This document shows positions 8,816-17,293 of a stretch of DNA of 64,000 nt, piece after piece (the stretch's first letter is position 1; every line of letters begins with the position of its first letter). A model generated the notes under the pieces. The model made no database searches and had not been told where the DNA came from. It saw only the letters and a list, made by a program, of their open reading frames with translations. The stretch comes from Phycisphaerae bacterium (GTDB lineage Bacteria; Planctomycetota; Phycisphaerae; UBA1845; Fen-1342): the NCBI GenBank assembly GCA_017999985.1, contig JAGNKU010000001.1:237276-301275 (forward strand), given 5' to 3'. A program made the translations under genes and the position numbers.

Positions 8816-9499
8816 TCAAGGCTCCACGCGTCGCAGAAAATACCACGTTCCCAGCGCGAAGCACGCAATCCCCAGGACCGGGGCCAGGCGGTTGAACCAC
8901 CAGGCCGCGTCAAACGGCGCCGGCTCGCGGCTCCAGCTGATGCAGAACAGGACCGCGCCCAGGAGCATCGGCGCGAGCAGGCCGATCGCGGTCGCGAAGG
9001 CCGAGCTGTCGAGCAGCGCCGACCCCAGCCACGCCGCCCCAAACAGCAATACCGCAATCGCCGCAATGATGGGCAGCTCTGACACTTTCCCAGCGCGAAA
9101 CGCCCAGGGCACGCTCGGCAGCCAGGGCGCCACGACGTAGATCAAAGCCAAGTTGATCAACCAGACCGCGGCGCAGGCACCGAACGCGACGCTGAACTTG
9201 CTCGCCAGAATCTGGCGGCGCGTCGGCGGCAGGTACGCCAGGAACTCGGCCGAGCGATCAACGCGCTCGCTGGCGATGGCGTTGCCGGCCAGGGCCACGA
9301 CGGTCAGCAGGGATGCGACCAGGCTGAAGAAGGCGAGTTCCTGGCAAACGACGCCGGGGAGTGGCAGCAGCTCGCCGATGCGCAGCCAGCGGTGCAGATC
9401 GTACCCGCCCGCGACCGCGAACGGCATTACCAGCAGCACAGCGCCGATGAGCAGCAACAGGCGATTCGCCCGCAAATCTTTCCAGAGTAGCGCTTTCAT
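8816..9499 (-). CDS. ABC-2 family transporter permease
   Basis: Six predicted TM segments. Its ATG overlaps the stop of the upstream ATPase gene (ATGA), indicating translational coupling. Confidence 0.7.
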   Translation of the reverse strand: MKALLWKDLRANRLLLLIGAVLLVMPFAVAGGYDLHRWLRIGELLPLPGVVCQELAFFSLVASLLTVVALAGNAIASERVDRSAEFLAYLPPTRRQILASKFSVAFGACAAVWLINLALIYVVAPWLPSVPWAFRAGKVSELPIIAAIAVLLFGAAWLGSALLDSSAFATAIGLLAPMLLGAVLFCISWSREPAPFDAAWWFNRLAPVLGIACFALGTWYFLRRVEP

Positions 9500-10410
9500 G
9501 CCGGCACCTTCTGACCGCGCACCATGTCCTTGAACACGTCCTCGAGCCCCACGTCGACGACCTCGACACTCGCCACGGCGGCGTCGGCGCGGAGCGCGTC
9601 AACCAACGCCGGCGTGAAGCCGCGCACCGTCAGCAGCCACTCGCGGTTCGCCACGCGCTGCCAGATCGTCCCGGCCGGCGGCGCGCCCGGACGACAGCCA
9701 TCGCGCAGCACCGCCCGGATACGCTTCGTGCCCGTGAGTAATTCGTCCGTCGGGCAATGCGCGAGCAGTCGCCCGTTACAGATGATCCCCACCTCGTCCG
9801 CCAGCCGCTGCACGTCACTCAATGTGTGACTGGAGAACAACACCGTTCTCTGGCGTGCACAGATCGTCCGCAGCACGCCGTCGAGAAATTCCTCGCGCAT
9901 GAGGGGGTCCAGTCCGGACGTGGGCTCATCGAGGATCAAGAGCTCGGGCTCGTGCGCGACCGCGAGCAGCAGCGCCAGTTTCGCCACCATCCCCTTCGAG
10001 AGCTGCTTGATCCGTCGGCGCGGGTCCAGCTCGAAGATGTCCAGCAGTTCGCCGCAGAACTGGTCGTTCCACGTCGGGTAGAACGTCCGGCAGAAGGCGA
10101 TCACCTCGGACACGCGCATCCAGCGATACATGAAGTGCAGCTCGGGCACGTAACCCACACGGTGCTTGAGCCCCTCGGCCCGCGGGCCCACGTCCTGGCC
10201 GAGCAGCCGCGCCCGGCCGGCGGTCGGCGACAGAACCCCGATGAGCATGCGGATGGTCGTGCTCTTGCCCGCCCCGTTCGGGCCGATGAATCCGAACACG
10301 CTGCCCGCCCGAACCGTGAGATTCAAATTGTCCACGGCGAGCGTGCGGCCAAAACGCCGCGTGAGACCCATCGTTTCAATGGCGGCCACTGCGGCCGGTT
10401 CTGCGTTCAT
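9496..10410 (-). CDS. ABC transporter ATP-binding protein
   Basis: Walker A GPNGAGKST, signature LSKGMVAKLALL, Walker B LLILDEPTSGLD and H-loop FSSHTL. Confidence 0.9.
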   Translation of the reverse strand: MNAEPAAVAAIETMGLTRRFGRTLAVDNLNLTVRAGSVFGFIGPNGAGKSTTIRMLIGVLSPTAGRARLLGQDVGPRAEGLKHRVGYVPELHFMYRWMRVSEVIAFCRTFYPTWNDQFCGELLDIFELDPRRRIKQLSKGMVAKLALLLAVAHEPELLILDEPTSGLDPLMREEFLDGVLRTICARQRTVLFSSHTLSDVQRLADEVGIICNGRLLAHCPTDELLTGTKRIRAVLRDGCRPGAPPAGTIWQRVANREWLLTVRGFTPALVDALRADAAVASVEVVDVGLEDVFKDMVRGQKVPA

Positions 10411-10796
10411 GGGTCATTCCTCACTTCCGACACCTGGCCCCAGGCGCGCTCGAACAGCGCGCGCACCTGCTCTGGCGGGAGCTTGGCGCTCCGCGCGGCC
10501 CGGAGCGTCTGGACGAAGCCCGCCAGCACCGCGGCCTGCGACTGGCTCTGGGCTGAAGCCAGCCCGTCCTGCGCGACGAACATGCCCAGCCCCTTCCGCG
10601 CCTCGATCAACCCCTCGCGCTCCAGTTCGTCGTACGCCCGTTGGACGGTGTTGGGATTCACGATCAATTCCTGCGCAAGCACGCGGAGCGAGGGAATCGC
10701 CTCGCCCGGCCGAAACACGCCAGCCGCGACCGCCCGCCGGATGTACCCTGCGATCTGCTGGTAAATCGGAACGGGACTGTGGGGATCGACGCTCAA
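10407..10796 (-). CDS. GntR-family transcriptional regulator (YtrA subfamily), first gene of the GntR-ABC operon
   Basis: HTH region SPVPIYQQIAGYIRRAVAAGVFRPGEAIPSLRVLAQELIVNPNTVQRAYDELEREGLI. The track start is GTG 10823. TTG 10796 has a GGAG RBS 7 nt upstream, and its product (MSVDPHSPVPIYQQI) matches the usual YtrA N-terminus. Confidence 0.8.
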   Translation of the reverse strand: MSVDPHSPVPIYQQIAGYIRRAVAAGVFRPGEAIPSLRVLAQELIVNPNTVQRAYDELEREGLIEARKGLGMFVAQDGLASAQSQSQAAVLAGFVQTLRAARSAKLPPEQVRALFERAWGQVSEVRNDP

Positions 10797-10814
10797 GGTC
10801 AGGCTCCATGTGAA

Positions 10815-10826
10815 GTAGTGCACTAC
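10815..10826. promoter_or_regulatory. Perfect 12-bp palindrome GTAGTGCACTAC, candidate operator of the YtrA-like GntR regulator
   Basis: The inverted repeat lies about 20 bp upstream of the favoured TTG start of the GntR gene, in the gntR/queC divergent region. Confidence 0.35.
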
Positions 10827-10935
10827 CTCACTAATGCAGTATACGCACGACTTCCCGCCCGGACAAGCCCTCCACCACGATAAACACGACCGCGAACCGG
10901 TGGATTGAACCTAACATCTTGTATAGATTGAACGT

Positions 10936-11634
10936 ATGAACACGCACCCGACCGCGATCGTGCTTCTTTCCGGCGGACTCGATAGCGCCACGACCCTGGC
11001 CATCGCGGCTGCCGACGGTTTTCGGTGTGTCGCGCTCAGCTTTCGGTATGGGCAACGGCATGCGGTGGAGCTGGACGCCGCCCGCCGGGTGGCGGAGGCC
11101 GCACGCGTCGCCGAGCACCTGATCGTCGACCTGGATCTCCGCGTGTACGGCGGCTCCGCGCTGACCGCCGACATTCCCGTGCCGAAGGATCGCGACCTGC
11201 ATGCGGCCGAGATTCCGATCACGTACGTCCCGGCCCGCAACACGATCTTCCTGGCCCACGCACTGGCGCTGGCCGAAGTGCGCGCCGCCCGGGACATCTA
11301 CATCGGGGTCAACGCCGTGGATTACAGCGGCTATCCGGACTGCCGGCCCACGTACATCGCCGCCTTCGAGCAGATGGCCGCACTCGCCACCCGTGCCGGC
11401 GTTGCGGGCGAGTCCGTGCGCCTGCATGCGCCGCTGCTGCGCCTGTCCAAGGCGCAGATCATCGCGCGCGGTCGTGAGCTGGGCGTCGACTACGGCCTGA
11501 CGCGCAGTTGCTATGATCCCGACGATACCGGACGCGCCTGCGGGCACTGCGACAGTTGCCGCCTGCGGCTGGAAGCGTTCCGGCAACTCGGACTCACGGA
11601 CCCCGCACCCTACAGTGCCACGGGAACCGACTGA
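10936..11634 (+). CDS. queC: 7-cyano-7-deazaguanine synthase QueC
   Basis: [16 protein letters not shown] (PP-loop) and a C-terminal zinc motif [10 protein letters not shown]. Confidence 0.9.
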   Translation: MNTHPTAIVLLSGGLDSATTLAIAAADGFRCVALSFRYGQRHAVELDAARRVAEAARVAEHLIVDLDLRVYGGSALTADIPVPKDRDLHAAEIPITYVPARNTIFLAHALALAEVRAARDIYIGVNAVDYSGYPDCRPTYIAAFEQMAALATRAGVAGESVRLHAPLLRLSKAQIIARGRELGVDYGLTRSCYDPDDTGRACGHCDSCRLRLEAFRQLGLTDPAPYSATGTD

Positions 11635-11708
11635 CCACGATTAGCGGACACCCGCACCGTACCTTCCATTTACTGCAACTGCACGCCGCGCCGCCCGATG
11701 CATGAGAC

Positions 11709-12224
11709 GTGGCCGCGTCTCAAGTCATCACGGCACCCGCGCCGCGACGTGCGGCGGCGCCGACCGGCACGCGCGACGTGCCCTGCCGCGCCGCGCTGAG
11801 CGCGCCGGGCAGCCCCGCTGCGGCGCCACCTGCGGTCGCGCCACAGGCCGTGCCCGCCCGACCGCGCTTCGGGGCCTGGTTCAATCGCCCGCGACGGATT
11901 CTGCTGCTGCTGGCCGCGGTCTGGGTCGTGGCGGTGTTTGATCTCGGGTACACGCTCGCCGAGTCGGGGACGGCCGACTTCGTCGAGATGAACCCGCTGG
12001 CGGCCAAACTGCTGGGGGGCCCGCAGCACTTCCTCATGGCCTACAAGTTCGGCCTGCTGAGCATCGGGACGGGAATTCTGCTCGCGCTCCGCCGCCACGC
12101 CGCCGCCGAGGTCGGGTGCTGGCTTCTGTTCGGGTTCAAGCTGTATCTCGGCATCCGCTGGTACCTGTACTTCGACTGCCTGCTCAGCGACGGCGACGAC
12201 GCGCTCAGCACGTTCGTGAAGTGA
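11709..12224 (+). CDS. Hypothetical membrane protein
   Basis: Ala/Pro-rich N-terminus, then two or three hydrophobic helices (ILLLLAAVWVVAVF, FGLLSIGTGILLAL, CWLLFGFKLYLGIRWYLYF). The start is uncertain (GTG 11709). Confidence 0.45.
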   Translation: MAASQVITAPAPRRAAAPTGTRDVPCRAALSAPGSPAAAPPAVAPQAVPARPRFGAWFNRPRRILLLLAAVWVVAVFDLGYTLAESGTADFVEMNPLAAKLLGGPQHFLMAYKFGLLSIGTGILLALRRHAAAEVGCWLLFGFKLYLGIRWYLYFDCLLSDGDDALSTFVK

Positions 12225-12319
12225 GCCGCGCCCATGTCGCGCCTGCACCGCTTGCCGTATACTGCTGTGCCCCGCGCAACGCCGTGACGCGCTGCGCAGC
12301 GTTGCAGCAGGTGCACAAC

Positions 12320-13660
12320 ATGGAATCCCCCGCGTCCTCGGCCGTCTTGCCACTTGAATTCCGTCAACCCCGGCAGTTGATCCGCTGGCTGGGCGTGATC
12401 GTGGCGTTCGCGGGCTGGGCCGCCTCGCTGGATCTGTTCCTGGTCTCGACGCGGGTCATGGCCAAGAGCGCGCTCTTCGACGCGGTCTGCGGCGGCGGTC
12501 CGGACAACGACTGCACCTCCGTACTGACCGCACCGCAGGCGTACGTGCCGTTCCGGACCAGGACCGGCACGATTCAGGTTCCGGTGTCGGCGTTCGGGAT
12601 GGCGTATTTCGCGTGTGTCGCGCTGTGGTACCTGTTCGTCGGGCCGCCGACGCACACCGGCCGCTGGTGGCACCTAGTCATCGCGCTGTTCGTGGTGCTC
12701 GGCGTGTGGCAGTCGCTCGAGTACATCCGCATCATGCATTCTGTGCTGCACCGCTGGTGCGGCGGATGCCTCGTTGCGCACGCCCTGAATGGCGGGTTGC
12801 TGCTGCTCACCGCGCTGGCGTATCCGTGGCACCCGCCGACGCGTCCGAATGCACGCCATCCAGCCGCGCGGCTCGTGCTGGCCACGCTGACCGCCGGCGC
12901 GCTGGCCTTCGTCCTGCACCTTCTGGTCGTGGGGCTGGCGATCGCCAACTCGCTGCAGAAAGAGCACCGGGCAAGATACGAGGCGGTGCTGAACGATCCG
13001 GAGTATGTGCGGTGGGACTTCAACCGACAGCCGGTCGTGACGATCCCGCTGGACGAGGACGAGTTGTTCGCGGGCGACCCCGCCGCGCCCGACACGATCG
13101 TCGTATTCGGCGATTTTCAGTGCCATGCCTGTCGCGAGCTGCATCTGGCACTGCAGCGCGTGGTCGCGAAATACCCGCAGCGGCTGCGCGTCGCCTTCCG
13201 GTACTTCCCGCAGGATCCGGAATGCAATCCGAAACCACGGTGGAGCGCGGGCGGGAATGTTTCGGCCTGCCGCGCGGCGCGGGCCGCCGAGGCGGCGCGG
13301 ATGATCGGCGGACGCGACGCGTACCTGGCCATGCGCGCGTTGCTCTGGGAGCGCCAGGACCAACTCCCGACACGCCCCGTCGCGCAGCAGGACGCACGCG
13401 AGCAGAAGCTGTTCGAAGACTGGGCCGCGGAGCTTGGCCTGGACCGGGCGGCCTTCACGGCCGCGTTCGACGGCCCCGCAGTCGCCGCCCGCGTGCAGCG
13501 CGATATCGCGCTCGGCGCGCGGCTGGACTTGTCCGCGATGCCGGTCGTGTACTTGAACGGCAAGCGCCTCCGCAACTGGAGCAAGCTCGAGGTGTGGGAT
13601 CTCCTGCTCGGCGGCCCGGCACCCGTCACCACGCAACCGGCTTCCGCCCCGGCACCGTAG
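12320..13660 (+). CDS. Vitamin K epoxide reductase (VKOR) domain fused to a thioredoxin-like DsbA domain
   Basis: The N-terminal half is a polytopic membrane domain with CGGG...C and CGGC (VKOR CxxC active site). The C-terminal half is thioredoxin-fold with FQCHACRELH (CxxC). ATG 12320 is in frame inside the longer track ORF 12116..13660. Confidence 0.8.
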   Translation: MESPASSAVLPLEFRQPRQLIRWLGVIVAFAGWAASLDLFLVSTRVMAKSALFDAVCGGGPDNDCTSVLTAPQAYVPFRTRTGTIQVPVSAFGMAYFACVALWYLFVGPPTHTGRWWHLVIALFVVLGVWQSLEYIRIMHSVLHRWCGGCLVAHALNGGLLLLTALAYPWHPPTRPNARHPAARLVLATLTAGALAFVLHLLVVGLAIANSLQKEHRARYEAVLNDPEYVRWDFNRQPVVTIPLDEDELFAGDPAAPDTIVVFGDFQCHACRELHLALQRVVAKYPQRLRVAFRYFPQDPECNPKPRWSAGGNVSACRAARAAEAARMIGGRDAYLAMRALLWERQDQLPTRPVAQQDAREQKLFEDWAAELGLDRAAFTAAFDGPAVAARVQRDIALGARLDLSAMPVVYLNGKRLRNWSKLEVWDLLLGGPAPVTTQPASAPAP

Positions 13661-13686
13661 TGGCTACGCGGAGGCTGCGCCCAGCC

Positions 13687-14370
13687 ATGCAACTCGACGG
13701 CCTGTTCATCGACATGTACGGCACGCTCACGACCGGCGATCGCGCCGCCGTCGAGTCGGCGTGTGCCGAGATCATCGCCGACACGAAGCTGCCACTGTCC
13801 GCGCGCGAGCTGAGCGTCATCTGGGGCGAGCGGTTCTTCGAGGCGATGAACTCCGCCAACGGGCCTGCCTTCGCGACCCTGTTCGAAATCGAGGCGCGCA
13901 CGCTGGTGGAGACGATGACCGCGTTCGGCATCGACGTGGTGCCGGACCGGTACGTCAAGGGGCTGGTGGACTATTGGCGCGACCCCCCGCTGCAGCCGGA
14001 AGTGCGCGAGTTCCTCGCGCGGTGCCCGACGCCGGTCTGCATCGTGTCCAACGCGGACCGCGCGGATATCGAGACGGCCGTGGCGCGGCTGGGGCTGCGC
14101 GTCGCCGGGCTGCTGACGTCCGAGGACGCGCGCTCGTACAAGCCCGACCGCGGCATCTTCGAGGCGGCACTGCGGCAGACCGGCTGGCGAGGCGGCGCGG
14201 TCCTGCACGTCGGCGACTCGCTGCACAGCGACGTCGGGGGCGCGCTGGCGGCGGGCATACGCAGCGTCTGGATCAACCGGGCGCACCGGATCCACGACAT
14301 CGGCAACCATGAGCCCGACTTCGAGTTCGCGGACCTCAAGGGGCTGCTCGCACTCGTCGAAGGGAATTGA
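13687..14370 (+). CDS. HAD-superfamily hydrolase (haloacid dehalogenase-like, subfamily IA)
   Basis: Motif I in LFIDMYGTLTTGD (DxYGT), motif II in IVSNAD (S/T), and motif III/IV (SYKPD...VGDSLHSDVGGALAAG). Confidence 0.8.
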   Translation: MQLDGLFIDMYGTLTTGDRAAVESACAEIIADTKLPLSARELSVIWGERFFEAMNSANGPAFATLFEIEARTLVETMTAFGIDVVPDRYVKGLVDYWRDPPLQPEVREFLARCPTPVCIVSNADRADIETAVARLGLRVAGLLTSEDARSYKPDRGIFEAALRQTGWRGGAVLHVGDSLHSDVGGALAAGIRSVWINRAHRIHDIGNHEPDFEFADLKGLLALVEGN

Positions 14371-14543
14371 TGAACTGGGAGCGCGCCCGCGCCACGTTGG
14401 CAGCGCCGTGCGTTATCGGGCCTGGAACTCTCGCGTTGCTTTCCGCGTTCGAAGAGGGTACCGTGAGGTCTGCTGGTGATGGAAACTCCGTGTACGTTTG
14501 CCATCCCGACGCCATGCTTACTTGCTCACACCGAGGCTTGCCA

Positions 14544-17177
14544 ATGAACTTCCGTCGTCTGTCCGCGATCTTGACCACTGTGGCCTTGTGCACACTGACC
14601 GCCGGCACCGCCCGCGCCGAAACCGACCTGCACTGGGCCGCACGCCTCGGCGACAGCACCGTGGCGGCCGCGCTGCTCGCCGCCGGCCACGACGCTAACG
14701 CGACCGAGAATGACGGCACGACCGCGCTGCACATGGCCGCCGTGCGCGGCGACGTCACACTGGTCCAGATGCTGCTCAAGGCTGGCGCGAACCCCAGCCA
14801 GCGTGACGCGCTGGGGCGCACGCCGCTGCACCACGCGGCCCTGGGCGGCAATGGCGCGCTCGTCGAGTTGCTTGTCGCCGCCGGGGCCGAGGTGAATGTT
14901 GCCGACTTGCAGGGCGACACCCCGCTGCACCTGGCCGCGCGGCTGGTGCGCTCGGACGGCGTGCGGGCTCTGCTCGCCGCCGGCGCGGACGTGGGCGCGC
15001 GGAACGCCAACGGGCAGACGGCACTGCACGTGCTGGGGGCGGACCGGCGCGACGCCGACGAAGCGCGTGCGTTGATTGACGAACTGGCCGAGGTGCTGAT
15101 CGCCGGCGGCGCCGATCCCGGCGTGCAGGATCAGGACGGCCGGCGGGCCTGGCCGCGTGACGAGCAGCCGCCCAGCACCGGCCGACCGCCGTCGGGCTAT
15201 CCGTCTTACGACACCATCGTGTCGACGCTCCAGAACCGGGCGACCACGTATCCGGACCTCTGCCAGATCTTCGACCTGGGCGCATCAGCGGGCAGCGCCG
15301 GCCGTCACATCTGGGCCCTGAAGATCACCGACAACGTGGCCGTGGAGGAGGACGAGCCGGAATTCAAGTGGATTGCCAACATCCATGGCGACGAGGTCAC
15401 CGGCCTGGTCATGTGCCTGAACATGATCGACTACCTATTGCAGAACTATGGCACGCTGCCGCGCGTCACCGACCTCGTGAACGAAGTCGAAATCTGGATC
15501 GTGCCGACGATGAATCCCGACGGCTACATGAACAACACCCGTTACAACGTCAACGGCATCGACCTGAACCGTAATTTCCCCGAAGGCTCGGGCCCCAACC
15601 CCGACCCGAACACCACGACCGGCCGGGCCGCGGAAGTGGGCGTCATCATGAACTGGAGCTTCGCGCACTCGTTTACCCTGGCGGCGAACTTCCACGGCGG
15701 GGCCCTGGTCGCGAACTACCCCTTCGACAACGACAACATGGGCTCCGTGCCGTCGCCGACGCCGTACGAAGACCTGTTCGTCTGGATCAGCGAGCAGTAT
15801 TCGCAATACAACCTGCCGATGTGGAACAGCACGACGTTCTACCACGGCATCACGAACGGGGCGGCGTGGTACGCGATCGACGGCGGCATGCAGGACTGGG
15901 ACTACCGCTACATGGGCGGCAACGAGGTCACGCTGGAGATCGGCACGACCAAGAGCCCGGCCTATTCGCAGATGCCGACCTACTGGAGCCAGAACCGTGA
16001 CTCGATGCTCGCGTACATGGAGACCTGCCTCACCGGCGTGCGCGGCATTGTCACCGACGCTTACTCCGGCGCACCGCTGGCCGCCACCGTCAGCATCGTC
16101 GGCCGCAACCACAACATCTACACTGATCCCGACGTTGGCGACTATCACCGCATGGCGCGCCCTGGCTCGTATCAACTCCGCGTGGAAGCGGCCGGCTATG
16201 ACCCCGTGATCTATCCGGTCACCGTGGTCGAGGGCCCGGCGACGCGGCTCGATATCGCGCTGGCCGGCCCACCGCACCTGGTGGCGCCGAATGGCGGCGA
16301 GACGCTGACGGCGGGCGTGCCGACGACCGTGACCTGGACCGGCGCCCCGACGGCCCAGTTCCAGGTGCAGTACTCGGCGAACTACGGCGCGACCGGGCAG
16401 ACCACCGACGGCTTTGAAAGCGGCGCGCTGGACTCGACGTACACAACGGGCGGCAACGCCCCCTGGTTCGTGACGACCGGGACCGTCCACGGCGGCACGT
16501 ACGCGGCCCGCGCCGGCACGATCACGCACAGCCAGTCCACGTGGCTGACGCGCACGGCCGAGCCCGGCACGATGAGCTTCTGGTACAAGGTCAGCTCGGA
16601 GAGCGGCTACGACTACTTCAATTTCTACATCGACGGCGTGCAGAAGCTCCACCGCTCCGGCAACGTCAACTGGGTCCAGTACACGACCAGCCTCGCGGCC
16701 GGTAGCACGCACATTCTGAAATGGGAATACGTCAAGGACTCGGGCGTGAGCGGCGGCAGCGACACGGTCTGGATCGACGACTTGTCGCTCACCGGCGACG
16801 CCACGACCTGGACCGACATCATCGCCCTGACCGAGGTGGGCGCGACCGCCGCGAGCTGGACGCCCCCGGCCGAGGGCACGGACTACAAGGCGCGCGTACG
16901 GGCGGTGCTCGGCGGCGGCGGCTACAGCGCCTGGGACGAGAGCGATGGCAAGTTCACCGTCGTGGCCGGCCCGGAGTATCCGCTGGGCGACATGAACTGC
17001 GACCAGAGCGTGACGTTCGCGGACATCAACCCGTTCGTGCTGGCCCTGACCAACCCCGAGACGTACGCAGCGCAGTATCCGACCTGCCCGATCCTGAACG
17101 GCGACATCAACCAGGACGGAGCGCTCGGGTTCAGTGACATCAACCCGTTCGTGATGCTGCTGGCCACGGCGAAGTAG
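14544..17177 (+). CDS. Secreted multidomain protein: ankyrin repeats + M14 zinc carboxypeptidase + beta-sandwich region + C-terminal dockerin-like double repeat
   Basis: Signal peptide MNFRRLSAILTTVALCTLTAGTARA. Ankyrin repeats (GTTALHMAAVRGDVTLVQMLLKAGANP, GRTPLHHAALGGNGALVELLVAAGAEVN, GDTPLHLAA). M14 core (HIWALKITD, NIHGDEVTG zinc HxxE, GIDLNRNF, FHGGALVANYPFD). C-terminal double DINPFV repeat. Confidence 0.85.
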   Translation: MNFRRLSAILTTVALCTLTAGTARAETDLHWAARLGDSTVAAALLAAGHDANATENDGTTALHMAAVRGDVTLVQMLLKAGANPSQRDALGRTPLHHAALGGNGALVELLVAAGAEVNVADLQGDTPLHLAARLVRSDGVRALLAAGADVGARNANGQTALHVLGADRRDADEARALIDELAEVLIAGGADPGVQDQDGRRAWPRDEQPPSTGRPPSGYPSYDTIVSTLQNRATTYPDLCQIFDLGASAGSAGRHIWALKITDNVAVEEDEPEFKWIANIHGDEVTGLVMCLNMIDYLLQNYGTLPRVTDLVNEVEIWIVPTMNPDGYMNNTRYNVNGIDLNRNFPEGSGPNPDPNTTTGRAAEVGVIMNWSFAHSFTLAANFHGGALVANYPFDNDNMGSVPSPTPYEDLFVWISEQYSQYNLPMWNSTTFYHGITNGAAWYAIDGGMQDWDYRYMGGNEVTLEIGTTKSPAYSQMPTYWSQNRDSMLAYMETCLTGVRGIVTDAYSGAPLAATVSIVGRNHNIYTDPDVGDYHRMARPGSYQLRVEAAGYDPVIYPVTVVEGPATRLDIALAGPPHLVAPNGGETLTAGVPTTVTWTGAPTAQFQVQYSANYGATGQTTDGFESGALDSTYTTGGNAPWFVTTGTVHGGTYAARAGTITHSQSTWLTRTAEPGTMSFWYKVSSESGYDYFNFYIDGVQKLHRSGNVNWVQYTTSLAAGSTHILKWEYVKDSGVSGGSDTVWIDDLSLTGDATTWTDIIALTEVGATAASWTPPAEGTDYKARVRAVLGGGGYSAWDESDGKFTVVAGPEYPLGDMNCDQSVTFADINPFVLALTNPETYAAQYPTCPILNGDINQDGALGFSDINPFVMLLATAK
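16986..17174 (+). other. Dockerin-like C-terminal double-repeat module (copy 1 of 4 in the window)
   Basis: GDMNCDQSVTFADINPFVLALTNPETYAAQYPTCPILNGDINQDGALGFSDINPFVMLLATAK. Two D-x-N/D-x-DG-x-hydrophobic-x-F-x-DINPFV-x-LL segments resemble the duplicated Ca-binding loop-helix of dockerins. Confidence 0.6.
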
Positions 17178-17214
17178 CCGGGCGCGGGTCCGCGCCACCG
17201 CCGGAGCGCCAATG

Positions 17215-17257
17215 AAACAGGGCCGCCCGCGGTGTCATCCGCGGACGGCCCTGTTCC
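17215..17257. terminator. Bidirectional hairpin terminator between the convergent M14 and ctp genes
   Basis: aaacagggccgcccgcgg-tgtcat-ccgcggacggccctgtt gives a ~15-bp GC stem with one mismatch, flanked by A/T on both sides. It sits in the 116-bp convergent gap. Confidence 0.5.
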
Positions 17258-17293
17258 ACAAAGCCGCAGCGTCACTGACCGGCCGCGCGTACC

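Noticed and set aside
12613-13686. Upstream 358 aa of track ORF 12613..14370
   Set aside because: Only the part from ATG 13687 (the HAD hydrolase) is protein-like. The upstream frame overlaps VKOR-Dsb in another frame and is Arg-rich.
15435-17198. 587-aa minus-strand ORF
   Set aside because: Antisense of the ankyrin-M14 gene, which has unambiguous catalytic motifs on the plus strand.
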